Positions 26,238-38,278 of a stretch of 64,000 nt of DNA are shown in pieces. Source of the DNA: Diadema antillarum (lineage: Eukaryota); NCBI RefSeq assembly GCF_040938485.1, contig NW_027271845.1, positions 310,001 to 374,000 of the forward strand, read 5' to 3'. A program made the translations under genes and the position numbers. The stretch's first letter is position 1. Every line of letters starts with the position of its first letter. The notes beneath the pieces were generated by a model. It had not been told where the DNA came from and did no database searches. It saw only the letters and a program-made list of their open reading frames with translations.

Positions 26238-28088
26238 AGCCGTCTCGATGGCCAAAGGGCCTATCTCACTGCGTCGGTCCTTTCATATACAAGCACGAGC
26301 TTCTTCGTGGTCTCGTCAAAGTCCAAACACGAGTAAGAAAAAAAAAGAAAGAAATTCCCTCGACATGTTACTGACATATGTATTCCCTTGCTTTCTGAAA
26401 GGGGTAAGTCAGGTGCTCTTTCATTCAGCTGGAAGGATGTTTGATTCTGTTTAGATTTCCTTCACATCTTTGTTGTTCAGTGACGTTAAGAAATGTTGTA
26501 GTCTTCTCATCCAACGATGACAGCACTGAAACTTTAAAAACTCTTTACTTTTGAACGAATTTTCAGAATTTCTCTGAACTCAATGATGTGTTCTACACCT
26601 GTACTAATGTTGCCTCGTCGTAGAGGCCTACATGATAATTGGTTTAATTCCCCATTAAGAAGAGCCGTCGAGGGTTTTTGAAAGTGGAGAGGGTGGAATC
26701 TGGAGGCGGAATCTTTGGGAAAGCCTGTAGTTTATTGGGTTTAAAGGCTTTTAATATACATATACATGTGTATGTTTTTTTCAAGTTTGTTTTTGTTGAT
26801 TTCGTTGTTGCAGCATACTTTTGTGCAGTTTTGCTTGTTCTGGAGTCAAAACTCTGTGTGGGTTTGGGTATAACTTTCAAGCCTATCCCCTCATCCACTT
26901 TGTGGCTCGCGATTAAGACCAAAGAGCGTAGAAGTGCGCCAAGAGGGTCTACTCTCTCGATTTTGCGTAGTACGCTCATGGGCCATTTTAGGAAGCAAAG
27001 CGAGCGATGGCGGGCGTATTTTTACGTGACCCTCTATGGAGAGGTATCTGCCTTCCTTTCATTTTCTCCTTTTTATGGAGACATACAGGGTAAAAGAAGT
27101 ACTTCAGACCTCATTACGACATTTAGAAGTATCATTCCCTTCAAAAACGAAATATAGATGAAGAAATTCCCTTTATTATCCTGTATACTAGTCCCTAAAA
27201 ATTCGAGCTATTAAACTAATGACTTAATGATATAGGGAGTTTATAAACATGGTGTTTGATATGCATGAGATTGCTCACAGCTTCAGAGCCCCCCCCCCCC
27301 CTCTCTCTCTCTCTCTCAACCCTTTTCCTGGTTAACGATGTAGACTAATATACAATGATTTTTCCCGAGAACAAAAAATAGAAACCATTGTAGGCGGTCA
27401 ATAAAATTATCATTTCTATATACACTCATTTACAGAAAAGCTGCAGAACACTTATTTCTTCTTTTGGGGTTATCTTTATTCTCTCTTTATTTTTTTTTTT
27501 CGGTGGGGGGGGGGTTACCGTGGATCGGGTAATGTAGACCTCTAGATACGCTTTGTGAGCTTTTCACTGCGTTGGCACTTTTAGAATTTATGAATACTAA
27601 ATTGTATGTCTCTTTTTTGTACTGATCATAAACATGAACATGTTGCTATTCTTGGGTCGCTGTGTAGGCCCTATATTTTCAATGACACGCATGTCAAATT
27701 TCACATATTTTTTTTTTGACATTCTGTTGAAAAAATGGAATTAAAGTTTGAATTTGAATTTGAACTTGAATTAACATGGATCAAACGGATGAAGGGTATT
27801 ATTTTTAGTGTGTATTGTTTAATAAAGGATGCGCAAATTTGGGTAGAACAGCCCTTTTAGTTAAATCATATGCCGTCCTGAAGTAAATGAAATGAATTAA
27901 ATTAAATTAGATGAAAGTGTATAATTATCAACATTCTCCTTCTTAGTATTATCGTTATGTTGAATCGTGATTTTGTCGCCGTCACCTTATATTTTCACAT
28001 TACTGACCCCCGCCTATAAAAACAACGTCTCTTGTTAATTATAACAAATGTGAATTATTCTTGCCCTAATATTCCTGGGTAAAGTGGC

Positions 28089-28090
<2 letters not shown>

Positions 28091-28128
<38 letters not shown>
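28091..28128. repeat. (GT)n microsatellite
   Basis: Directly visible. Confidence 0.95.
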
Positions 28129-28129
<1 letters not shown>

Positions 28130-29367
28130 AGGGGGGTGAACGTACATTAATCTCCTTTCTTGGCCGCAATACACATGTCAGATCGTCTCTCTTGGCCGCA
28201 AATTTTAATACCTCCAGGTCTGATCTGAGGACTTGTCTATATACCTAACTGCCCTCTCTTCGATTTTTCATTAAGAAATTCAACAATCATGACAATCTCA
28301 GCGCCCACTTTGTAGGTGGAATGATATTTAAAATGTCTATTATCAAAGAGAAAATATTCTGGGACAATGATCCCCGGAAAAATTCCAGGGGAACACGTCC
28401 CCCCCCCCCCCCAAGAAAAAAAAGGCGTAATATAAGGCCAAAAGAGCAGGAGCAAAAGAGAGAAAGAGACTGAGGGAGGGATGGAGAGAGAAGGCCGCTT
28501 CAGTAGTGTCTATAGCTCGAACTTTCAGGGACTACAGATTTGAAAATAATGGGCATTTCTTAATCTTTTTTAATTTTTAGGCATAAATGATGATTCTAAC
28601 TGGAATTTTGAGGTCTTAAATAATGCTATACCACTGTTTGCGTACTTAAAAAGGAGAAAATTATAGGGAAGTAGAATTCACCTCTATGGTCTCGTATTAC
28701 ACGCTCGCGATAACCCAGCGCTTAGCTTCCTGTAATGGCCGCCGTTGGGCTCCTTGGCGTACTACACCGTACTACACCTGTTTATGTGTAAAATCGCGAG
28801 AGTAGACCCTTTTGGCGCACTGCGTGTGCCTCTATGCTCTTTGGTTAAGACTGCTATACTATACCAGAAAATCGCACTGTTGCCAAGACGATACTTTTTT
28901 CATTAACAATAATACTCTTTCTCAAAGTAAATCTGTTTAAACGTGATCAGTCTGTTGTTAGTTTTATAGAAGAGAGAGAGAAAAAAAAAGACAATACACT
29001 GTACACAGTTCCCAGAGAGATACATGCCTCCATGCAACATCATGGCTCATGCTATCCAAGATTCTTCCGGACTTACAGATACTTAGGAGAAGAACAAGTT
29101 AGCGCAATCACGCCACTGAAGTAGCTAAGTATGTCGAAGATCCCACAGGCCAACCTCCATCTCTCTTACACAAGTAGGCCTATACACCCACCAGCATTCA
29201 CTCTCGTCATGATGTAAAACTTCATCTAACAAATTTCTGATTTCAATGCACTAAAATGCTTCAAATTCAACTGATAAATCAATGAGCCTAAGTTATCGTT
29301 GTCAAGATACATCAATCATTACGATGCTTTTTTTCTCATAATTCTTAAGTTTTCTTGATGAACGACT

Positions 29368-30355
29368 ATGGCGTCGTCGTCAGCGACCAGTGTAGATGAC
29401 ACGGTCAGTCCGGCCATCGCTGAAGCGATCAATGCTGCTCACGCCCTCTACGACGAATTCTACAATAGTCGTCAGTTCGACAAAGTCGTTGAATCCATCT
29501 ACGCCGAGGACTGCTGCATCATGATGGAAGGTCGTGACGTCATCAGAGGGAGAAAAGGTTTGCAAGATGCATATCAACTACAAGTTTATCTCAGTGTATG
29601 ACCCTTAGAACGATGTTCAGTAGCTGATCTTGTGATTATACTTCAGAGATTGCTATCGAGAGATTTCATTGGAAGTTGTCGGGATGCGCATGGATAATTT
29701 CCGAAATCACCAAATCTACACACTTACTTCATTAGGTTATAGATTTATGGATAACCGAAAATGCATACTCCTCTCCCCTCTTCCAACAACCCATTTTTAA
29801 AGCAATTTGTAGTCTTCATTTAAGTCTCATCAATTTCGTGACACATGGCATATAAGCTCAAACTTGTTAATGAAGAAGTGAAACATACCTGGTAAAAGGA
29901 CCCAGTACACATGATGGCATCGCAAACATCTCTTCGTCATAGACACCACTCATGCAAACCAAAATAACAAATACCCGGTACTCCAGATTTTTTTTTTTTA
30001 ATGTAGGTAATCGTAGAATGTTAACAAGCTGATGAATTATCTTATCTTGTCTTGTCTTAATGAAACACTTCTAGCGCGCAAATTCCAATCGTATATACAT
30101 ACCTTTTTCTCTCTTCCAGCATTGTTTGAGCTTCTCAGCCAGTTTTCGCAGCACCCGAGCCACCATCGAGTTGAGAGCACTGCCCTGGAGATTCGCGAAA
30201 TAACTGCACCGGGTCAGCGAATTTACGAGTTAGGACGCTACTCATTTTATGATGTGCCCAATACGGGCCGTGCCGATGGCAAACATGTGATTGTGTGGAG
30301 TAGAATCGACGGGAAATATCTTATCACTCTACAGAGCATCAATCCAATAACATAG
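29368..30355 (+). CDS. SnoaL-like / DUF4440 (NTF2-fold) protein, paralog B, two exons, 141 aa
   Basis: Exon 1 29368-29557 (MASSSATSVDDTVSPAIAEAINAAHALYDEFYNSRQFDKVVESIYAEDCCIMMEGRDVIRGRK, AAG|gtttgc). Exon 2 30120-30355 (ttccag|CA; ALFELLSQFSQHPSHHRVESTALEIREITAPGQRIYELGRYSFYDVPNTGRADGKHVIVWSRIDGKYLITLQSINPIT*). IY.ED......G...IRGR and YELGRY...GK.V.VW.R.DG are typical DUF4440 motifs. Confidence 0.88.
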
Positions 30356-30888
30356 AAGAAAATGATAACAACAACGAACTATTTTCTTCTTAGAGCTATC
30401 GGCAATATTATGACTGCTACGTGGAAATTAAGATAAACTAATGTAACGGTTATAGGCATATCCCTAGCCGAGCCAGATAAGAATGGACGTTGAAAATGAC
30501 GCTTTCATGGAGGGACGCAATGAACTGTCTGAAGACTCAACAACCACGACGACAAGGAGACTTTCTCTCTTATGATTAAGATACTGTGTATCAACATGGA
30601 TTTCAGATAGATAACTCAACACAGATAAATTAGTGTGACAATGGACTGTTTCAATGTATGATAACATGCTACTTGCAGACCACTGACAACGGAATATAAT
30701 GCGCTCCCCTGGATTAGGTAAAGTTTCGATTCGACTTTAAATCGTTAAATTTTTCGACGCTGAGATAGAGTTCACTGCCAATTGTTTCTGCGCATCGTTA
30801 ATCAGCTAACCTGTACCCTGCCGCAATAAAATGTCTATGAAGCGAAAATAAACATGCTTGGATCGGAGCTACTAATAACAAGAGGATA

Positions 30889-31020
30889 NNNNNNNNNNNN
30901 NNNNNNNNNNNNNNNNNNNNNNNNNNNNNNNNNNNNNNNNNNNNNNNNNNNNNNNNNNNNNNNNNNNNNNNNNNNNNNNNNNNNNNNNNNNNNNNNNNNN
31001 NNNNNNNNNNNNNNNNNNNN
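30889..31020. other. Assembly gap (N run)
   Basis: Run of n. Confidence 0.99.
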
Positions 31021-31223
31021 CACTTTATATCAAATTATGGAAATTAGGAAACGTACAAACCAGGGGACATTCATGACATGTTCAGAAGTGTCACTCTTTA
31101 GCAGATGTGTATAGGTGAGTGAAAGTCATGCCAGAAACTGCTCTTCATTGCCATTGTTTAAACACACGTCTCCGTGACAAAGACGAGCGTTATGGCAACC
31201 GGAAAGGACGGAATGTCAGCTAA

Positions 31224-34200
31224 TAGTGGAGCGGCATAGCCGAACAATTGTGCATTTTGTGATAAAAGCACCAAATTTCGTACACAGGTTGACAATCACG
31301 TTCAGATTAAATTTAGATATTGGGCCATCGTAAATAGCGCCCTCAACGTCCATGGCAGCCATTTTGAAAAATGGCTGCCATAAATGCCATGTTTTCGTAA
31401 AATTTGCTAATTCTAGGAGAGAAAAGTCAATAAGATTTTGGTTACAAATGGGAAATTACATTCAAAATAAATCTAGATATCGGGCCATCGGAAATAGCGC
31501 CCTCAACGGCCATGGCAGCCATTTTTCAAAATGGCCGCCATAAATGCCATTTTTTTCATAATATTTGCTAACTTCAGAAGGAAAAGCAAGTAAGATATTG
31601 CAAACAAGTTGGAAATTACATTCAAAATGAATTTAGATATTTGGCCGTTCTTAATTGCGCCCTCAACGTCCATGACAGCCATTTTTCAAAATGGCTGTTT
31701 AATGTGCCACTTCTTCGATGATTTTGCAAATTTCAGAAGGGAAAATTGATACGATTTTGCCCATAAATTGTAATTCATTCAAAATATATCTAGATATTGG
31801 GCTATCGAAAATTGCGCCCTCAACGGCCATGGTAGCCATTTGTTTCAAATTGGCCGCCATAAATGCCATATTTTTTTGTTAAGAAATGAAAATTTCAGAA
31901 GGGAAAGCCAATTATTTTTTTTCCTTTTTTGCAAACAAGCGGGATATTACATCCAAAATAAATCCAGATATTGGGCAATTGAAAATTGCGCTCTCAATGG
32001 CTATGGCAGACATTTCTTTTTTAAATGGGCACCATAGGTGCCACTTTTTCATTAAGAAGAATGCTAATTCCAAAAGGAAAAGTCAATGAAATTTTGGTAG
32101 TAGGCCTAAATGGGAAATGACATTTAAAATGAATCTCGATATTGGGCCATCTGAAATTGCGCCCTCAACGGTCATGACAGCCATTTTTCAAAATGGCCGC
32201 CATAAATGCTATATTTTCGAAAAGATTTACTAAAATCAGAAGAGAAAGCCAATGAGATTTTGCAAACAGGTGGGAAATTACATTCAAAAGTAAACTTATT
32301 GGGCCATTGCAAATTGCCCCCTCAATAGCCATTCAAGCCATTTTTCAAAATGGCCACCATGAATGTCTTTTTTTTTCGTGAAGTGTTGCAGACGTCAATC
32401 AGAATTTCCACAAAGGTGGAAAATTACATTCAAACTGAATTTGATAATAGGCCATCCAAAAGTCCACCCTTAACAGCCATAGCAGCCAAGTTTCAAAACA
32501 GCTGCCATGAATGCCCCCTTTTTTGGCATAAATTTGCTGATGTCAGAAGGAAAAGTCAATAAGACGTTGCAAACAAGTTGAAAATTATGCTAAAAAATAA
32601 ATGTAAGTATAAGGTCTTCTTTAAGGCGCAATTAAGGGCCATGCTGATCAACATGGATGTCTGCTTCTTTTTTCTTTTGTTTTTTTTTTTGAAAGATTTG
32701 CTAATTTCAGAGAGAAAATCAATGAAATTTGTACATATGTTGAAAATCATATTCAAAAGAAAATAATATATGAGGTCATTACAAATGGCACCATCAACGA
32801 CCATGGCAGCCATTTTCCAAATGGCCACTATAGATGCAATTTGTTTCTTGAAAATATAATAATGCCAGATGAAGACAATACAATTTCTTGTGCATATTGA
32901 CAAAAGACATTCAAATAAATTCAAGTTTGAATTTGAATTTGAATTTGAAATGAAGATATTGAGCCACCATTTAAACATCGTCCCCAACGGCTACGGCAGC
33001 TCTTTGTCATAATGGCTTCCACACACTCCTTTTTTTATTTGCTTTTTCCAGAAGGAGAAAGCAATAGAATACTGCTAAACAGCCATTATATCTAAACAAA
33101 TGCAATCTGGTGTTCAAAGAAATTTAGATTTTAAAATAAGTTTCATTGATGGGTTAGTTCTAAATTCATGTTTTCATTCTAGTTTTAATTGCAGTATTTC
33201 GCGTGTGACGGCTAACAGTATGGATATCAAAAGTATATGTTTTCATGGAAGCAAAGCAAGTAAATTAACTTTTTTCGTAAAATGAATGCCCATTTTTTCG
33301 TATCTGTCTTAAAGGGATCGTACTGTTTTGGTTGAGACCTAATTTCAGGTTTCTAACATGGTGAGATATGAGAAACCTCTTATGAAATATGAAAGAGCAT
33401 GTAATTCTTTGAGGAATTGACCGTTTATTTCATGAAAGTTGGTTTTGAAATGGCTGAGATATCCAAAAAAAAGAGCGATTCTGAAAAGTGTGGGATCCAC
33501 ACTTTATGACGATCGCTTTGTTTTACTTTGTTTTTGGATGTTTCTGTCATTCCAAACCAAATTTTCATCAACTAAACTTTGAATTCCTCTTAAAATGGTA
33601 TGCTCTGTACTATATCATATGTGTTTTCTTCGTATCTCGCAAAAAAGTTCAAAGCCCAATTCTCATCTTCGCCAATACTGTATCATCCCTTTAAGAATAT
33701 TTAGGAAGTTACATTTTAGAATAGATACACGCCATATAGTCCTATATATTCAATGATATGGTGTTACTCTCAAAGTTAATACATGGCGCCATTATTCCTG
33801 GATATTCATATTATTCTTTTTCAGAAATTTTTCATGTTTGCCACCTAAAATATGCATTCATCATTGGTGAGATATAATCGCTAAGCATTTGCCTTGTTTA
33901 TTTTAGGTGTTCCTCAAATGATTTCTTTAACACCATATTTCAGATTATATAATGTCTCTGTGGATATTCTACTGTCTTCTCCTTCTGAAGTTAAGCAAAT
34001 TTTCAAGACAAAAAAGAAGAGTGTATTGTAGCCATTTTGACAAATAGCCGAAATAACAATTGAGAACACAGCTTATGATGGCTCAATGTTTAAACTTCTT
34101 TGTATGTAATTGTGAACTTGCGCAAAAAAAAAAAGTTTATTGTCTTCTTCCGGCATTAGGACATCTTCATAAAAGAAAAATGGCACCTATGACAGCCATT

Positions 34201-35360
34201 TTGGAAAATGGCTGCAATTACCGTTATTAGCAATTTTGTTTTCTTCTTGAAAATTTGCGAAGGAACAATTTCTAGAGTTAATGCAATCTAGATATATTGT
34301 TTGATTTTAAACATGACTTTCAATTTATATACACATTTGTTGATTTTTCTTTCTGAAATTACCATTTTTTAGAACAAAATGATTATGACAATGACAGCCA
34401 CTTTGGAGTATGGCGGCCATGGCCGTTGAGGGCAGTATCATAATAATCTAATACAAATATTTACTTCAAACATAATTTTCAAATTGTGTGCAAAATCTTA
34501 TTGACTTTTTATGAAATCAGGAAATAAAAAATAATGGAATCCATGGTGGCCATTTCGAAAAATGGCTCCAATGGCCATTGAGGGCGCTATTTACAATAAT
34601 GTAATACATAAGCGCAAGATATATTTCAAACGAAATTTTTAAATTGAGTGCAAGAGTTTATTGACTTTTCCTTCTGGAATAAGTAAATTCAGAGAAAAAG
34701 GTGGTATTTACGGCAGCCAATTTTAAACATGGCCGCCATTGGCGTTGAGGGCGCAATTTGCGATGGCCCAACATCTATATTAATTTTGAATTTTATTTCC
34801 CACTCGTTTGCAAAATCTTGTTGATTTTCCCTTCTGAAATTCTAATTTTCTTTTTTGCGAAATATTGCATTTATGGCGACCATTTAAAAAAAAATGGCTG
34901 CCATGGCCGTTGAGGGCGCAATTTGCGATGGCCCAATATCTCAATTTATTTTGAATGTTATTTCCCACTAGTTTGCAAAATCTAATTGATTTTCCCTTCT
35001 GAAATTTGTAAAATTTTACGAAAATTGGCATTTATGGTGGCCATTTTGAAAAATCCCTGCCATGGCCGTTGAGGGCGCAATTTGCGATGGCCCAATATCC
35101 AAATTTATTTTGAATGCTATTTCCGACTCGTTTGCAAAATCTTATTGATTTTCCCTTCTGAAATTTGTAAATTTATACGAAAACTGGCATTTATGGCGGC
35201 CATTTTGAAAAATGGCTGCCATGGCCGTTGAGGGCGCTATTTACGATGGCCCAATATCTTAATTTATTTCAAATGTAATTGTCAACATGTGTGCGAAATT
35301 TGGTGCTTTTATCATAAAATGCACAATTCCTCTAATTTTTCAAGCTATGCCGCTCTACTA
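31224..35360. mobile_element. Foldback-type non-autonomous transposon, ~4.1 kb, with inverted arrays of a ~160-bp unit
   Basis: Termini TAGTGGAGCGGCATAGC / GCTATGCCGCTCTACTA with a probable TA TSD. Long inverted arms (ttgtgcatttt.tgataaaagcaccaaatttcg.acaca.gttgacaat). The left arm has tandem units in + orientation and the right arm the same unit in - orientation. Confidence 0.85.
33309..33694. mobile_element. TTAA-flanked MITE (Kolobok-like), family copy 3, nested in the foldback element
   Basis: TTAAAGGGAT...ATCCCTTTAA; homologous to the 5033 and 13055 copies. Confidence 0.82.
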
Positions 35361-36008
35361 CTAGTATAAGAAAAGGTGGCACTTGAAATCCAATGGCGGA
35401 GAAGGCAATAAGCGCGTTCCACTGGCCATTAATAAAATCTCGCTGTATCACGCATACCAGAACAGCTCGCACACTGCGATCAGTGCAGAAAAAAAAAATA
35501 AAACTACACTGTATATCTGATTCTTCCTGAGAACTTGTCAATGACGACATAAAGAGTGTAATACAGTAGTATAGATTACATGTCATTATACAGAAACATT
35601 ATCTGAAAATGACTATGCCTCTCAAACTCACTATTATAACTGTACTGATTGATATCTTGGCGTAGATAGGGAAATACAGGTCCTGGTATGATCATAGACT
35701 TGGTACAAAGATAAAGGTAGAATAGAATCTACATAGGAGCATAATCATTAATAGCCAGCAACTCTTGGACAAGTGTCATGGCAATGACAAGAATCCTCAT
35801 TTTGCTTTTTGCTTCAGAAAGTTGCTATTCTTGCAAGAATTGCTATCCTCACATCTTTCATGAAATTAAACCCAGATTGACCTGAATCAATATTGCTACC
35901 ACTTGAAAATCACGTCACAAAATAATAACATGGCACAGTACTAGTATGTGATCTCTTTGGTAACTCGTTCTTATTAGGGGAAAGAAAATTGTTCGAATTA
36001 GACAGTAA

Positions 36009-36335
36009 GGCTTGAATTCAAGAAGGTGGTACAAATGAGACCATGGTTTAAACCATGGGTAAAAACCATGGAGCGCCAAGTGCCGCATGGAATATTTCGT
36101 TACGAAATCAGTCATTTCGTCGATGAAATGATTATTTTGTAACGAAATGACATCTTGTAACTAAATGAACATTTCGTCCACGAAATGATAATTTCGTTAA
36201 CGAAACGGTCATTTTGTCGACGAAATGACCAGTTTCGTAACGAAATATTCCGTGCGACACTTGGCGCTCCATGGTTTTTGTCCATGGTTTAAAAACCATG
36301 GTTTCATTTTTGTACCACCTTCCTGAATTCGGGCC
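36009..36335. mobile_element. PIF/Harbinger-type MITE, almost wholly palindromic
   Basis: TAA at both flanks (36006-8, 36336-8); TIR GGC(TT/CC)GAATTCA.GAAGGTGGTACAAA; inverted arms continue ~100 bp; internal TTTCGT/ACGAAA sub-repeats. Confidence 0.85.
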
Positions 36336-37129
36336 TAAGTGTGTCAAAATGTCACAGGTCAAGCAGGACAGTATCATAAATCCAAACTGCGCATGAATTT
36401 AGAAGATGATGTCATGAGGATGATACTAATAGTGTTCACAATGAATCTGCAAACGTTGATCTTTCATAAGTGTCTATGTAGAATTTTAACCACTAAAATA
36501 AGAGTTATTGTATCGTTCACGTAAATAAAGAGAAATAAAAAAAAAATCATAATGCACACGACTTCCTGATCTTGTTTTAAAGATTTTATTATGGTGATTA
36601 ATACATGTATCATTACTTCTTTTTTTTTTGTAGTCTCTTACGCTAATCCCGAAATACAAACAAGAGTATGGCTGGAAGTTGAGAGAATAGAATATGGTTG
36701 TATACCTATCGAATGCATCTCTACACAAAAACAAAATGAATAGAACAGATTTGATTTCATGTTATATAATGTATGCCCCCGTGTAATGCATCTTTTATCC
36801 TCATGACGGAGTCCGGGAGGAGGGGGATCGTACGCTGTCGGTCCCGTGGTGGCTCGCACATTTGATTCTTCAGTGGTCACGTTAAAGTCCAAACACAACT
36901 CCAAACAATATATGAGTTACCCTCGACTTGTTTCTGACATAATTATGCATTCCCCTTGCTTTCTGAAAGCGGTTTGTTAGGCTCCTATTGGTAACAAGAG
37001 CTATAAAAATCCCCAGATACAGACTAAAACTAAATTACCTTTCATTTTCGCAATGTCATGTACACGTAGTGTCGTAATGCAAGACGGAATATCTATTGGT
37101 GCAGAGTGTTTAAATATGGCACAGGACTA

Positions 37130-37830
37130 CACCATCAAACAGGTTACCCTGTCAACTAGAGCCCTCCGACCTCATTTCTATCAGATACAATACTCAGTAA
37201 CTGGATCGTATACTTCGCATAAAATCCTCTGATGTCAAACCCTCAGCTTACAAAAGGGTACTCGTCGACCGATTGTAAAGTATGCCTCCTGTGTTTGGGG
37301 CCCAGCTTCCAAGAACCTCATCCACAAAGTGGAAATGGTCCAGAGAAGAGCTGCGAGATTCACTCTAAATCGCTACCATGTCACCAAAATGCTGCAACAG
37401 CGCAGAGAAAATGACAGGCTAACCATTATTTACAAAATGCACAATAATCTTGCTCATCTTTGGGCACATGGCAATACGGTGTAGTATCAAAGTTGTTACC
37501 CAGTCGACGAGAGCCACCCAACCACATTCCTATCAGATACCATACTTGAGAACTGAATCGCATCGTCAGTCGTTCTTTCCGAGAACAGGAAGGAGCTGGA
37601 ATTCTCTGTCCTCGGAAGTTGTTGCAGCGCCATCTGTGGGAGCCTTCCGTAATCGACTGACGGTTGATCACAGTGGCTAGTTTATGTTCTTTGTGTTTGC
37701 TATCTATGTGCTCGTAAATATCTGTAAATGAACTGTATTATAATGCAAATAACACTCGAATGAAAGTATATTACGGTACGTAAACACACACAGTCTGCAA
37801 GAATCTTCAGCTAATTGAAGGAGGCAGACT
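37130..37830 (+). mobile_element. Degraded 3' end of a non-LTR retrotransposon (CR1/L2-type RT C-terminus)
   Basis: Frames give RPIVKYASCVWGP...KVEMVQRRAARF...RLTIIYKMHNNL and SFFPRTGRSWNSLSSEVVAAPSVGAFRNRL, the typical CR1/L2 ORF2 tail; ends in an (AAG)n tail; frameshifted. Confidence 0.88.
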
Positions 37831-38278
37831 TAACCAGAAGAAGAAGACAATAATAAGATGAAGAAGGTGAAGAAGAAGGAGGAGGAGAACAACGTTTTTG
37901 GTGGTAGATAGGGCTTGATGGTACCCGGTATTCAAAGACACATTGTTCTCTTGTTTTTGCATTACGAATCACCCTCACTCACACACACACGCAAATTGTG
38001 GCGCAAATAATTGTGACGTATTATGACGTAACAAGGACAAAATATAAAATGTACGCACAGGCCGAGATAAATGCGCAAATCCAGACCTATCCCGGGTGAC
38101 GTGACGCACATGTGGCAGGAGCTAGCTGTGAGCTACCTTGGTAACCAATGCAACCAAACAACACCACGAACTTCACATACAGAAAGTTTTGGTGATACGT
38201 GAAGTCAGAAAGTCGCGAAGTTAAAAAAAAAATGAATAAAGAATCCATTGCAGCTGCAGCAGCTTACATCACCGGATA

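Noticed and set aside
26644-27157. Overlapping 111-aa (-) and 159-aa (+) ORFs
   Set aside because: Low-complexity T-rich composition, they span a repeat copy, and no family motifs.
30483-30575. MDVENDAFMEGRNEL, resembling MMEGRD of DUF4440 exon 1 (possible third paralog)
   Set aside because: Similarity limited to about five residues; no nucleotide alignment or donor site.
30835-31114. ORFs containing X runs (also 59914-60422)
   Set aside because: Artefacts of translating N gaps.
31160-35480. Hydrophobic minus frame that stays open if the foldback element is excised (..GFQVPPFLILV|LADIPSFPVAITLVFVTETCV*)
   Set aside because: Only ~20 extra codons, no recognisable family; plausible by chance.
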